Made by a program: the position numbers and the translations under genes
Notes under the pieces: generated by a model
Database searches by the model: none
Told to the model about the DNA's origin: nothing
The model's input: the letters and a program-made list of their open reading frames with translations, nothing else
Shown here: piece by piece, positions 1-14,495 of the stretch
Layout: each line of letters opens with the position of its first letter
How positions within the stretch are numbered: position 1 is the first letter of the stretch
Assembly: GCA_051294375.1 (NCBI GenBank)
Contig: CM119263.1
Location: forward strand, 20,550,115-20,614,114
Reading direction: 5' to 3'
DNA length: 64,000 nucleotides
Source of the DNA: Paraspadella gotoi
Taxonomy: Eukaryota > Animalia > Chaetognatha

Positions 1-1405
1 GTCCATTAAATTTAGTCTTTGTATAAAAGAAAGGTCAACTTTTATTGAAAAGATTGCCCTGGGACCATAAGGTAATTGATTGATTACTGAAATTATTAAA
101 TGGAATTAGTAGCTTTTGAGCTTCCACAGCTCTTCCTTATCTCTTCTGATTGCCCTTACAACTGTCAACTGAATTACAACTTTAATTAATACTACTAATA
201 GTGTTACGGTTATTAATGAGTCAACAATAGAGAAATTAAGGATGCTCAATCGTGTTCCCAAGTCGGTAAGAAAACGTGTAATCTCTAACACAGATGGTGG
301 AAGCGAATGTTAGGTTCTGGCAATTGCTGTTGTCGTTGCTGCCATTGAAATTTTTGGTGGTTATTGTTGTGAGTCGAATTTGGCAGGTTGCGCTAAAAGA
401 CAGAACGGGACGTAAATCAGTTAATCAGATTCCTTGAATGATAACCACATTTATAACCATTTATATCCAAAAACTTTGAGTTATTAAGTAATACTTTCCA
501 GCAAAAAAATTTAAATTGTGGTAACTAAGAAAACGATTTCGCATGTGGTTAATAGAAAAAAAATATGCATGAACTTTTATTTCGGGAAAAAAATAAGATA
601 AATAGAGGAATGAAAAACATTTACTATTGAAACTTCCGCCTTTTCAGTTCCACTCTTTTTTGCTCCATATTGCTCTCGCTCGCTCGCTCTCTCTCTCTCT
701 CTGTTTAGTTAGCCAATCAATCGGCCGAAAAAAGAAGAAAAACATCCAATGGGTCCTTTCCACGACGGTGTTTATTCAATGAGGCGACCAGCGACCTCCA
801 CGGGTCTAAGCCCCATGAACAATAAGGAACCGAAGAAGATTCCATCCAATTCGATCCTCCGAATATGGAAACCACCTTTTTTTTTCTCTTCCACCTTATT
901 CGCGGGGAGGAGGGGGGCGGAGGTGGGATTCTCTGGCACGGTCGCGGATTTTAATCAGCGCACCTCTTTGCCTCTTGGCGATGAAGATAAGGTTGAGGGA
1001 TGAAGAAGAGAAAAAAATAAAAGGTCGAAAACTGATAAATTGAAACTAAAAAAAAAAACAGTTTTAAAATTGGTTGATTTTGACAACAAAAAACTAACGA
1101 AAACCTTTTTTGTCGCAAAATGTTATTCAGTTTTTTTTTTCGGGGGAATTTAAAAATTCTTTCTATTTTGACCGATTTTATTTATTTTCGAACCTTAATT
1201 TATTTAAATCCATTGACAGTTTTCCGGGTCTGAATCCCTTTTTTTTTATCCTAATCCAAATTCCCAATTCATGTTCACTCGAAGAACTCTTCGTTCAAAA
1301 TCTGACCCCTGTCCGCAAACGTGTCGGGCAGAGGAGGTCACGGTTGACACTTTTTTCGGTCAAATACGACTCAGGTTTGACGCTCGCTCCAGCTTCTTTT
1401 CTAAG

Positions 1406-1532
<127 letters not shown>

Positions 1533-2115
1533 CGTGTCGCCTGGGTCGTTGACCAAAATATCCCTCACGAAAAAAGTCGACCCCCAGAATCTTGGCCGAG
1601 ATTGAAAGAGTCGCCGGCGGCCAAGTGACAGTGGAGACGCGACACGCCCCCGTAACCGTCACACTAAAACGCTTGTCGTTGTTGTTGTTGCAGTTGATCG
1701 TCAAAAACGTCGCCACCTCGCAGCGATTCGTCCCCGACTCCAGACTTTTTACGACGAAGAAGAAGACGTTAAAATCTGCCGCGTCGTCGGAGTCTTTATC
1801 GTTCGATCGAGAGTTGTCGTTGTTGTCATCGTCGATCTTTTCGAAGATTGGCCGCCAATCGAATCGTCGTCGTCGTCGTCGGAAAAAGTTGCGGGTTTCG
1901 ATCGTTCGACCCCTCCGGTTAATATAAGTAAATTTTACGTTTGTATTTGTCTCGTTCCCCGCGAGAGACGAGAGACCGGATGATTGAGACGATTTGACCC
2001 TGAGAGAGAACGAACTAATGGAAAATAAAGAACGGCACCGATCATGAATGAATGAAACGAAGTGGTAGAAAGAGAAGTAGATGGGAGAAGAGAGAGGTGA
2101 GAGAGAAGAGAGAGA

Positions 2116-2148
<33 letters not shown>

Positions 2149-2834
2149 GCAGTTTTCTTGTCCGTCAATCTGGTCGTGACGAGGGGAAAAAATGAAAAGA
2201 GGGCGCATGGAGATTTTTGTGGGAGGACCGCGGAGACGGGGAAAAGACACTAATGAAATAGAAATTGAATTGAATAGAAAAGCGAAGGGAGAGATTCATT
2301 CTTTGCCAATGATACTCTTAATTCGTTTGTATGTTTAATAATATGATTGCCTGCTATGGACAGTTTAATCAGCAGCTGAAACCGATTAACGTCGCTCTAT
2401 TTTTTTTTCTGAAGCTTTAATCGAATTCTAAAAAAAAAAAAAAAAAAAGTGGCGCGAATTATTCCGCCTTAATTAGATTAATTTGTATTTTTGAATGTTT
2501 TCCCTTTTTTATATATATTTTTGGGATTGCAGATCCGAAGGAATGTTTCGCATTTAAGAAAACGATTTGGCAGGTGATTAGACAATTGGATTAACGCGAA
2601 AGAGATCAAGATGTACCCGTAATACAGCTGCGAAAAAAAACGAAGAAAAAAATAACAAAAGAACAGAAAACAAAAAAAAATATATCGGTTCTGCAAAGAA
2701 TAGTTTCTCGATTCCCACAGTTTGTTCTTGCCTTATCATCTTATTTATCGTTCTGCCCTAGCTATTGATTGCTCCCTGAAACAGAAAAAAAATATCGCAA
2801 AAAAATGAAGCTATTCATCCGTTTACAGATCTTA

Positions 2835-2873
<39 letters not shown>

Positions 2874-4010
2874 TTCTCTCTTTCTCTTTCTGTCCACAAT
2901 TCCAGCGAGTGCAGTGAGCCGTTGAATCCCGAGGAAAGAAAGTCTTCTTTAAAAACCTTTTCCTTGTCGCGTCTCTCCTAAAAATTCCTCACCATCAAGA
3001 TACTTCTTACCTTTTTTTTGCTTTTCCTTACTTTTTTTCTCTTTTTTTACCTACTTTTTGCTTTTCCTTAGTTTTTTTCTTTCTTTCCATCGTCACAGGG
3101 AGCGATTGGTGTCAAAGTGGGTGGTGATGGGAATTAGTCAGGTGGATGTCTTATTTTATTCGCGTTATGGAACATTTTTATTCTAAAATCACGAAACATT
3201 AAACGAAGTTTTATTCTACTTGTGAAAAAATCATAGTTTACAGGAAAATTGAAAGAACTAACAAGTTTCGAAATATATAAACTTTACAAATTTAGAAATA
3301 TAAATTTTAGCGAATCCTCTGTTTACCCCTTTCGTCGCGACTGGTCACTCTCAAAAACTCCCACGAAGTCAAAAACCCTTCGAAACCAAATATTGATCCC
3401 TCTACATAAAATCTCTCACTGGCGGCGATGAAAAAAAAAGATAAGGCTTTTTTTTTGTTTTCGTGTCACATGATTTGGAGATGAGTTTTGACGGAAGCGG
3501 CGACGGCAGCGGTCGCAGCGGCCAGCATTCAACGCCGAGGCCGAGAAATTGGATTAGAGTGAAAGAGAAACCGGGAATTCGGACACGGAGAGAGAAAAAC
3601 AGAGTTTTGGGCTGAGGATAGAGTTTTTTGGGCTTGGCAGAGAAAGTTTGGGCTCGGAACGCAACGTCGAACGCTTTGGAGAAAATCCTTTTCTCGCTCT
3701 TCGTCGGACAAAGTTAATCTCGACGACAACTCGAGAATATCCATCCTTCTGGTTCGCGGGATTAAAAAAAAAGGTTTCGGGGGAAAAGGTTCCATTCTTC
3801 TTCCCTCCCCCCTCTTCCTCCTCCCCTCCCCGTCGGTCGTCTCGGTTCCGCGATATTGTTTGCGGATGGACTTCTATTCGTTAGCTCTGTTGATTAAAGT
3901 TAAGCCTCGTTGTCGAGAGAACTCAGGTTCCAGGCCGGTTCTTAGCTGGCATTGTACGGCGAGGTAATTACTGTTTAGCCGATACCTGATCTACAGTAAA
4001 GATAAATAGT

Positions 4011-4058
<48 letters not shown>

Positions 4059-6294
4059 ATGTACACAAACGATCACCCATTCTCCCACAGGTATAACCGA
4101 AACCCAAGTCGCTGTTCCCAGCCGCGAATGAGAGAAAAGATGCGTGATATTTAGCATCAGCAAAAACCGCCTCGTCGAAGTTAAAACTCGTTGGATCACG
4201 AACTTTTTTTACCTGGCTAGTGTCTACAAAAATTTCAAACCTTTCTTATCGACCGGTCCATAAAAATTCCAAACCTCTCCTTCAGTGTAAATGAACTTCT
4301 AAACCTTTTAAGCAAATTTCCAAACCTCCACAAACAAAATTTATAAACTTGTCCAACTAATATCTGGCCCCATTCAACCAATTTTTAAACCTGTCCAATC
4401 TGTTTTTAAACTTGTCCTTCCAAATTGAAAACCTGTCTGTCCGACCATCATACAAGTAAAAATCCATCTGTTCAATTCCAACTCCTCATGAACATGTCCA
4501 ATCATCATCGACACTCCGTCCGACTCCAACACAAATTACAAGTTCTCGGGAACGAAAAACTTTGATTGATCGCGCGGGCCTTAAGGGAATCGGGTTAATG
4601 CGGCCTCCCATTATTTTTAATAACTTCATTGACGAGTTGTCAATCGAGAACCGATCCCCTTTTTCGTTGTGCGTATTTTGTCATTCTTCCTCCTTTGTCT
4701 TCGTGCTCCACAAATCTCTCCTTTGTCATTTATTTCTCGTCGTCCTTTGTTCCGCATTTATCTTTTCCCTTCTTTTTTTTTTCGGGCCACATTTTTTGGC
4801 GCATTTTGCTTGACGTCGTTGTCGTTGTCGTTGTGGGGGTCGTAATTAACAGGGGTCTTTTTTTCGTCAGTTTAAATGAAAGGTTACGACTGACATAATT
4901 TTTTTTTTAAATCGAAACGCCCTTACCTTTACCTGAGATCAGAGTGAAACAACTGAAACATGTCTGATTTGTTATATACATAAATCTGCAACATGTACTG
5001 TTAAACACAGGGTATAGCTTATCTTGTATTATTTTCTCCTAGATCTCCGAAGATGACATAAAAAATACCATGAAAAAACTTTTTACTTTTTTTGCTTTTG
5101 CATAGTACTAAATTATGAAGATAATAAACTTTTATTCCCAAGTATTCATAGGTATTCCCTAATTGAAAAAAAAATAAAAGCTTTCCATATTCTTTTTTCA
5201 AATAAAACATTTCCCGTCCTACCTGAGTCCATAAGTGACCAAAAAAATCAGCCTCAGCTCATCGAAGCAAAAGACTGAATGAGTGACGACCGTTTAGAAA
5301 GTCGTTACCCTCGCATCTCTCTCTCTCTCTCTCTTTCTAAATTTAACAAAAAAACTAAATGTTCTCTTTTTTCATCAGACAAAAGAGACAAAGAAGCAGA
5401 AAAACTCGCTTATTTGTGTGACATATGGACAAAGGCGATTTTTTTTTCACCTGCGTTCCCTATTTCTCCGCTACCCTCCCCATGCTTGCCCCCCCCGGTT
5501 GCCCCCCCCGGTTGCCCCCCCTCCCCTTCGGCAAAACATACTCGTCGCCAACTGAGAGACTCGACGTTTTTTAAAATGACTTTTTTTTAATTGAGGAGAA
5601 AAAACTCATATCGTATGTCACTGATACAGAAGCCCAAAAAAGTTTTCATGGTTCAAGAGAAAGAAAGAAAGTAAGTAATTAAGTAATTAAGTAAGTTACA
5701 AAGAGAAGAAAACTAAGAAAGAAAAAAAACAAAGATGGTTTTAAAGAAAGAAATCAAGAACAGATGAGAAAAGTAGAAGGAAACAAAGATCTGAAAAAAA
5801 CAAAAAGAAGGTGAAAACAAAAACCAGAAACATAGAACATAAAATATTAAAAAGAACAAAAAAAAAAGAAACAAAAGCCAAAAAAAAGAGTCGAAATCCA
5901 CCCGGAACTGACCTTACCCTCCACCGGAACTCACCTTTCACGGATGAGGAAAAACTCGTGGACAGACGGCGTCTCATTTGCATTCGCTCTTCATTCCTTC
6001 CTTTTTTCGCTTCGGCCCAAATCTCTTCTATTTCGGCGCCGTTCAATCCTCGTGACTTACCCCGTGACTTACCCTTCTTCCTGTCGCCTCCCGCGAGTTT
6101 CGACCTCGAAATCCTCACCTCGAAGAAATCCACCCAAATATTTGACAAAGTATATCTGTTTGCTTTGCCAAAATTTCGCCATTATTGCTATTTTAGTTTT
6201 GAATTATCAGTAAAGTTTGTTTTAAACGGAATTAATGAGGTAGTATTTGTTTTATGGAAGCAACCAGTGAGCTCATCGCTTTTTGTCTCCTTTA

Positions 6295-6352
<58 letters not shown>

Positions 6353-6704
6353 CTCTCTCTTCTCTCCTCTTTCTCTCTCTCTCTCTCCACCCTGTGAGTC
6401 AGCTGGGGGTTCTCTCTCGACTTTCGGCCCTCATTTACATACGAGCTACGCCATTCATGGTCCGCGTTGGCCAGAGCACGGGGTCGCGATAGGATAAAAC
6501 CTAAAGGAGATAAACGCTGGACCAAAGCACCTTCGTGGCAAATTGTGATAAGAATCGTGGGTCCAGCGAGGTGAAAATTCCCGCAGAGGCCGATCGCGTT
6601 TCACCTCAGAAAGACGAAGCTGAATTGTGGCCTAGAGTCCATTCTTGCTCTCTCTCCTATTCAAAAAGGAAGAAGGGGGGAGGAGGGTGGCAGAGGCAGG
6701 AGGG

Positions 6705-6753
<49 letters not shown>

Positions 6754-7111
6754 TCTTATTATACCCCTTTGTTTTTTCGTCTTACTTCTTTTTTTCATAA
6801 ATTTTTTATTCGTTTTCCTTTATTTGTCGAAGGTAAATGTTGGCGATTCCCCGCCCCGCCATCGCCCGCCGGCCGCCCTCTGCCATCGCCGCCGCCGCCT
6901 CAGCCGCTCGGGTCGCATGAATATTCGTCGACGGTAGAGTCGAGCGTCTGCATCTTTGAATCCGCGAGTTTGACCTTTGAAAAGCAGACTTGTTGAAAGT
7001 TGAGGGAACAAGGAGAGCCTTATTAAAACTTACCCAAAATTCTGATTCGTTTTGGGTTCGTTGCTCTCGATTAACGGGCGAGGCTTGGGCTTGGGTTATG
7101 GGATCAGTAGT

Positions 7112-7214
<103 letters not shown>

Positions 7215-9266
7215 TCTAAATTTAATAAACTACTAACTAGAGAAACTAATAACTACAATCTAATTTAAACTGCTTACCGTTCCCCATTGCTGAAATTATA
7301 TGACAACTAGCTCAATTAGTTGGTAGTAATTCGCAGTTAAAGCATATTCCTTTTTTTTAACGACGCAGCGTAAATTTCTGAGAGAATAAAAAGAATCGAG
7401 ACATAAGATCCCGTTAAAAACTTTTTGTCAGCCAACGAAAGAGCTGATTGCCAAAAAAAAGTCACTATGAACTCGCTAATTTTTCCACCATTCAATTTTT
7501 TTACGGTTTCATCCCACGAAAGTTCTCCCCCCCTTAAAAAGTTTTTCCCCTTTCTTTTTTTTTCTCTCTTCGTATGATTTTCTTTTTTTCTTTTATTTTC
7601 CCTCTTCCTCTTCCTCTTATTCTCTCTTCCTCCTCGACTCAAAGCTCCTTTTTCCATACTTTGCTCCTTCTCCTCTTCTTCCTCCCGTTCCTCCGCGTGC
7701 TGCTCCTCCTCTTCCTCGTCCTCGGGTTTCGAACCGTTTGTATTTCGTCGACGTCGTCTTGTTATTCGTCGTCGTCGTCTTTTGGCAAAAAAAAAGGAAA
7801 AAAATGTTGTCATTCAGCCAGAAAGAGATGATAGACAACGAGCATCTCCTTGTCTTTTTATAATCCTCCACTTCATCCTCCTCCTCTACTGCCTTTTTTT
7901 AGCGCCCTGGATGATCATGATGATGATTAAAGAAACGTCGAATAATTTTGAAGCTGACAAAAAATAAAGCAAATGAAACAAACGCAAATTTTAAAAAAAC
8001 CATTAAAGAAATAACATAGTCGCTGAATTTGTTTCACGGATTTTCAAGAAGTCGCCATCGTCTTGAATACAAAACAATACAAAAAACAAAAAGAACAAAA
8101 TAGGAAGAAAAAGGAAAAGTTCTCCCTCTTCTTAAACCTTTTTTTCGTCTCCCTTTCTTCGCTCCATCGACCATCTCTCTTATTCCATTCTCAAAAAAAG
8201 AAGGGAAATTCCATCTCCATCTTTTGGACGAAGAGAGGGAAATAAAACGAAGTTTGGCGTGATCGCCAGAGAAAGAGATAAAGAAAAGGAATCGAAGACA
8301 AAAAAAACAAAACAAAACAAAACAAAACAGAAAAGAAAGAAAAGAGTTTGTTTTCCCACGAACTTTTTTTTCTTCTTCTTATTTTATTTACTTCGCTCGG
8401 GATTTAAAAAAAAATAGTTAAGGAAATTTAAAAAAACGGAAAATTATAAACACACACATAAAAAAAGGGGAGATCAGCGAAAGAAGAAGCGTTCGTCACC
8501 AATCGTCGTTCCCGGAGACGTCGTCGTCGTCGTCGTTGCCCCAAGCGGGCAACTCTCTCTCTCTCTTTCTTTCTCTCTCTCTCGTCTCTCATTTAATAGA
8601 TGTGACCGAGAATATTCGCGTGGAGGCTTTCGCTTTCGGGTCGCCGTTAAAAAGAAGGAAGAGACGACGACAAACACGTTGAATCATCGTCGGGAAAATT
8701 TAAAGAGAGAAAAAAAAGAAATTAAGAAAAAAAGAAAGAAATTAATTGGGCGCATTTAAGAGGCGCGGCCTAAATAAGTCTCCAAAGATCGCGAAAAAAT
8801 AGGAGTTCATTTTATTATTTTTAATTCTGTGACGAATGCTCGATCGTTTTTTTTTTAACGCGCTGTAAACGAAAAAGTATAACCAAACTCACGCTTCTGA
8901 TACCATTTTTTCTTTATTGTTATTTGAAAAAAAAACCGAATAAACAACCTTTACATCGTAAACATTTTTTACTTTGTTTTCGTTCCCTGACTTGGTTATT
9001 TGGAAGAGAGGGGAAAAACATTTTATCGAACTACACCGGTGAGAGAAAGAAAATTCGACCCGTCGCTAATAAAAAAAAAAAAAGAAACCAAAAATAACCA
9101 AAGCGAAACGAGTAAATATTAACAAAAACATTAAAAAAAAAACATTAATAAACCGGAGCAACTGACTCTTTTGGGAGAAAAATTTGAGAGAAAAAACGAA
9201 ATATTTTTTCTGAGAATAATTTTTTCTTCTCCTAAACAATCCCAGACTTTCCCCATCTCCAGCACC

Positions 9267-12227
9267 ATGACATCACATCGCCCCCACTCTCTCCCACTCC
9301 CCTACCCCTTCACTCGACTCCCCTTCCTCTTGCTCCTCTCCTCCCATCTACTCCCCCTCCTCCGCGGCGACATCCTCATCCAACTGGAGCAAGAGGAGCG
9401 GTTCATCTCCCCTGGCTACAAAGTCGCCAGCTTCGCCATCAAACTCGACGACGAAAAGTGTCGCCAAAAAATCAAGGAGGGTCGCATCGTCCAATCCTCG
9501 ACGGCCGTGGATCCAAACAACTTCTTCAAGATCGACATAACAGACGGCGGACAGAAGGGGAGCATGAAGGTGGTCAAAGCGCCCGACCCGGATACGATCT
9601 CATTCTTCCGCTCTTACGACGCGCAGATTAACATCACTTTCGACGATTCCTCCTGCGCGCCCAGTATTGGGGGCATCAAGATGACCATTGACGACTCCAA
9701 CGACAACATCCCCGTCTTCGAGGAAGCCACCAAAGTTCTCTCCGTGCCTGAAAACTCTGGAACCACCCTCAAGCTCACCGTCCGTGCCACAGATGACGAC
9801 TTCAACAAAGAGACCAACGGTCGCGTCACGTACGCCCTCAACGAGGTCCGACCGTCCGACTACGCGTCTCATTTCTCGATCGACGCCGATACGGGCGAGT
9901 TGACGGTTCTTCCGTCTTTCGATCGGGAGACGCATACGTCCGTGACGCTGGACGTCGCGGCGAGCGACAATCCCGTCCTGGCCGTCGACGACTTTGGCGG
10001 GAAGAGTTACGGGCGTCACACGGCCATCGAGTCTATCATCGTCAACATTGAAGACGCTAACGACAACCCGCCCTCGGGGTGTCGCCTTAAAGACCCATGT
10101 TCCGCCAAAGAGGATGTGCCAGTCTCCAGCTATTTGAAGGGATGCTACGTCGTCTGCGAGGATCCTGACGAAATGCCCCTTTTTCAGTGAGAATTTTTTT
10201 GAGAATTTTTCGAATTAATTGAATATTATTAATAAATGAGTAGATACTAGAAAGGGATTTTAAAAGGAATTTAATAAAATAATTTTTTTTACTAATCTTT
10301 ATAATTACGTATCGATCAAAAAATTTTCTTCTACAATACTCAATACTTCAAAAAAGTTTTCTTTCGAATCATAACTTATATTATTTTAAGAATGTATGAC
10401 AACCGAAACAATTGTTGCGAAAAAATCATTTTCTACAGAAGTCTGTCAGTTCTCATTCGTCATATCTGGCAAGAAAGTTGTTTTTCTAAATCACCGGATA
10501 ATTAATATTCACTATCACAACCCCCGCCCACTTCAACAGAGTAAAAGATGCGACTGGATCCTGCAAGTTCGAAGTCATGCGCGACTCCGGAAAGCTCCGC
10601 CTCCTCCAACCTCTCGAGGCCGACGTGGGCGGCGTTCACGTGAAGGAGACGTGTCATTTGATCGCCTACGATCGTGAATCGGACTCTAGTCACGAATCTC
10701 CTTTCACCGTCGAACTCGACATCATCGACGTCAACGACAATTTCCCTCACGTCGTCGCAGCCGATCTCACCGTCGACGACGAGACCAAGTTGACGAGCGG
10801 CTTCAGCTTCAATGCTTCCATCGTCCTCGACGATCTCGACGCATCCACCAAGAAGCAGCTCACCATCTCGCCGCATTCCGAGGATCTGAAGGACCTTCTC
10901 GAGTTTCTCCCCGACAACACCGAGGACAACGTCTTCCAGCTCCGGCTCAAGCAGGACGTCAGCTACGAGGACATCAAGACTATCAAGGTCAAACTGTGCG
11001 ACCATCTCGGCCTCTGTGGCGTGCGGGAACTCGCCGTCAAGCGGTCCGGCGCAGTGCTGCAGGCGGGAGGGTTTCCGCTGTGGCCCATCGCCGTCGCTGT
11101 CATCGTCGTGGTCCTCATCGTCGTGCTGTTGCTGCTGTACACGCGGCTGCGGAGTCGGCGGCAGGGAAAGGACAGCGGAAGGCTCTTGGAAAACGGGGGA
11201 TTGGAACAACAAATTTATGTCGAGGAAGCGGGAGAAGAAGACACGGGTAAGTTGATAACATTTTAAAAATAACTAATGAATAAATGAATAAAACGTAAAA
11301 GCCCTGAATGTGACTGCGCACTTAAAAATCTTCTACGTTTCGTGATTAAGCGCGAGTTTCACGAGTCACGATTCATTAATGAAGTTGACAGAGAGTGAGC
11401 GATAAAAATATGAGCAAGTAGAGAAAGCGAGACATTTTTAAAACAGCGGGAAAAGAAAAAAAAGACAATAAAACATAATGAACAACCGAACTCTGAATGC
11501 CCTGGAGAATCAGGTTCTCCCATCGAGTTTAAAGTCATTTAGCGAAACCCTAAAGGGAATAATTGATTGGTTTTCGTTAAGTTTTCCCGTTAAAACTCTG
11601 ATCGATCGAGAGACCGAATCGATCGCCGTCAAACTTTGTAAAACTTTCGAACCGAAGTAGAACAAGAACGAAACCCGGAGGTTTTTATCCCTAAAGAACA
11701 TATTAACTGATTAACCGAATAACCGACCAGAAAAATTAAATTTCGGCGATTAATATAAGCTTTGTTTTATTATCAAAAAACAAAAATATTCACTTAAAAA
11801 GATTAAGTTACAGGAGTTATCGAATGAACCCTTTCTCGCAATGTTTTCTATTTATCATTTAATTTTCCCCGCAGAAAACTTCGACATAAACTTGCTCCGC
11901 CGCCCCAAAGAGCCCTCGCCGTCCGGGATGGCTCCGGGCAAATCGCCGCTCGCCTCGTCGGACAACTTGGCCGATACCCCTACCTTGCTCGACATGCCGC
12001 TGGTCGACGTGCTTGAGGACCGGGTGGCCGGGATGGGTCCCGAGGGCGCCGAGGACGCGCCCCTCAGTTTTGAATACGAGGGCGTGGGCAGCGAAGCCGG
12101 GAGCCTCTCGTCGCTGGCGTCGTCGTTCGCCGGCGACGCCGACATCGACTTCGATGATTTGGGTCTCGAAGACTGGGGACCCAGGTTTCAAAAACTCGCG
12201 CACCTCTACGGCCGAGACGGCACGTAG
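9267..12227 (+). CDS. Classical-type cadherin, short form (about 659 aa: signal peptide, 3-4 EC repeats, TM, catenin-binding tail). Exons 9267-10186, 10540-11246, 11875-12227
   Basis: Ca-binding motifs DxNDN(x)P (DSNDNIP, DANDNPP, DVNDNFP), ATDDD and FDRE. TM segment [19 protein letters not shown]. p120-type juxtamembrane EEAGEEDT|ENFDINLL. Beta-catenin-binding [16 protein letters not shown]...[14 protein letters not shown] introns have matching phases (2, then 1). Confidence 0.9.
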
Positions 12228-13709
12228 CGACGAGGGGTTGCGGTAGCGGAAGGGGGGGTTACTTTTAAAATGGGTCGGGTGGTGGGTTTCGGATCCTTCT
12301 TCCGAAGGTAATCTCGAAAACAAATGAGTGATTTTTATTTCTTATAGAATTAGCGCTATTATTAAAAATCTCCGTTTTTTCTCCTTTCTAAATTTCTCAC
12401 TTTATATTGTTTCGGTCGAATCGAACCGAAAAAAATTGTTTTTGTTTCGTGAAATTGTGTAATAAATTTGATTGTTTCTTTTTTTATCAACGCATTCTTG
12501 TCCAATTTGTGGCCATATTTCTTTCCAGCGCGCAATCTCCACGCGACTTTTATTACGCGTTTTATTAATTTAATTTAATTTTCCAGTGAAAACGTTACAT
12601 ATCAAGCTTGTTTGAAATAACTGAAAAAATTGTTTAGTTCACTTGGTTAAAACTATTTTTTTCTTACTCATATTTATTTTCAGAAAACGTTTTTTCTTAC
12701 GATTGACCCGAGGAATGTAATTTAGCCACGAATGCATTCAGTGCAGTATTATTACTTTGAATCATCCTTTCATACTTAAAAATCCAAATGTTCCGTCATA
12801 TTTCCATTTTTCCGCCGCTATATTGCTATTGTTGATTTATAATATAATCAATTGATACGTAAATTTATATGTTGCTGCCACGAATTTAACAATAGATTGT
12901 AAACAAACAAACTTTTCCAAAATATTTTTTTAAATATCTTTAAACAAATGTCGTCCGTAAAGTTTTAAAGATCGTCACGCGATCCCAGGCTGGAGTTTTT
13001 TTTTCTCATCAAAAACCAGTCATTGTTCTTCATTATGGTAATGATAAATAGATCTTTAACAATGAAAACGGACGGAAAAGGAAAAAGAAAAAAGATGAAT
13101 CATGAAAAAAAATTTAAATCTCAACTGCTCCCTTCTTGATCATAATGTTAGGTAATTTTATACTTTGCTAAAACGAGATTGGTCGATATCTTTTTGTGAC
13201 TGCTCTTATAAATGCAAAAATTGAAAACTTTAACCAGAATAACGACGTACGTTGACTTTTAAAATTACAAAACCGAACCAAATTTGTTCGCCAATAAATT
13301 ATCCACAAGAACAACGTCCAAAAACATTTCCGTATCACTCGAGCGCAACGAACCTCTTTAGATTCAATTGTTACTAGTTTCGGCCATTAAAATTGTTTCT
13401 CTTTCTTCTATCGATAACTATCACCTCATCCTCCCATCCGAATCCGAGTGACTCTTAACTCGGGCGAAGGCGATCGTCCCTCCGGTTCGCCGTTCGCCTT
13501 CGACTTTCGTCTCCCGGCGAAACAAAGACGAAACCCGTTTCCTTCTTCGGTCGAGAGACTTCGACTTACGAATCAAGAAATTCGCGATTGAGACTTCGCG
13601 CCAATAAATGGCCCAACGGTCGGTCGGTCGGTCCGCGTGTTTCGTGTCGAAAAACTCGAAAAACACGAATCGCTTCGTCTGGGTAAAAGTAGCACGAGCG
13701 ATTTGTTTT

Positions 13710-13748
<39 letters not shown>

Positions 13749-14293
13749 AAATAATTCGTTACAACGCCAACAGCTGCCCGAATTCCAGATTTAAGCTGCA
13801 TTCATGAAATTTTTATGGCACTCGGGCTGGAACGGTCGGTAAGGTAGGAGTCACGCGGTTGATTGCTCTCTTACAATGAAATGTTTGGTTCATCCTTTGT
13901 GCCGAGTTGGCCCGGATCCGAGTGCTGAGCCTCTTTTTTTTCGCTTTAATAGCAGAATTAGGGAAATTTTGCTTTAGATACTGCGAACAAGAGCATATTA
14001 AAAAGGGAAAAAAAATTAAGAAACTGAACAGTTTTATATGTTTTTATTTTATTCTATGTAAACGGCTGCAAAGAGTTTTTATACTTGATAAAAATAAATT
14101 ATATCTTTACTAATAATTAATGACTGTGCTTTTTTTCATTTTATCGGTTCTGCTAACTAAAATCTAGAGGGCATTTCAGAATTGTCTTTGGCTTTTGTTT
14201 TGGCCATAGGAAACCGTTAAACTTTAACTAGTAGAAGTTAAATAAAGATGGTGAAGAGACAGTATCAGTAATTAACGAATTATTGTGTCAGTG

Positions 14294-14495
14294 ACAGAAC
14301 CGTTCAATATAAGCAGTCCCTGAGCTTCGGAACAGGCTGTAACACCATGTTACTGGCGGGTTAAGCGCCCCGTCCCTCTTAACTGCTAGGCGACCACCGG
14401 GATAGAAGCACGGACCTTTGGGTTGGGAGGCGAAAGACTTGCCTCCGGCACCAATGGCCGCTGATGAACGGTTGGTGGATTTTATTCCACTATAA
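14294..14495 (+). mobile_element. Short non-autonomous element with subterminal IRs, 3' hairpin and antisense tRNA-like core (copy 1)
   Basis: AACCGTTCA...TGAACGGTT followed by the hairpin GTGGA-N6-TCCAC. Near-identical copy at 36467-36650. Confidence 0.7.

Noticed and set aside
9600-11212. Long antisense ORFs over the cadherin (similar shadows over the GPCR, PLA2 and MORC2 exons)
   Set aside because: Shadow frames of GC-rich coding exons with no independent motifs.
14459-14490. CTGATGA as a possible hammerhead (also at 36616, 51562, 54652)
   Set aside because: No stem II followed by GAAA...UH in the required arrangement.
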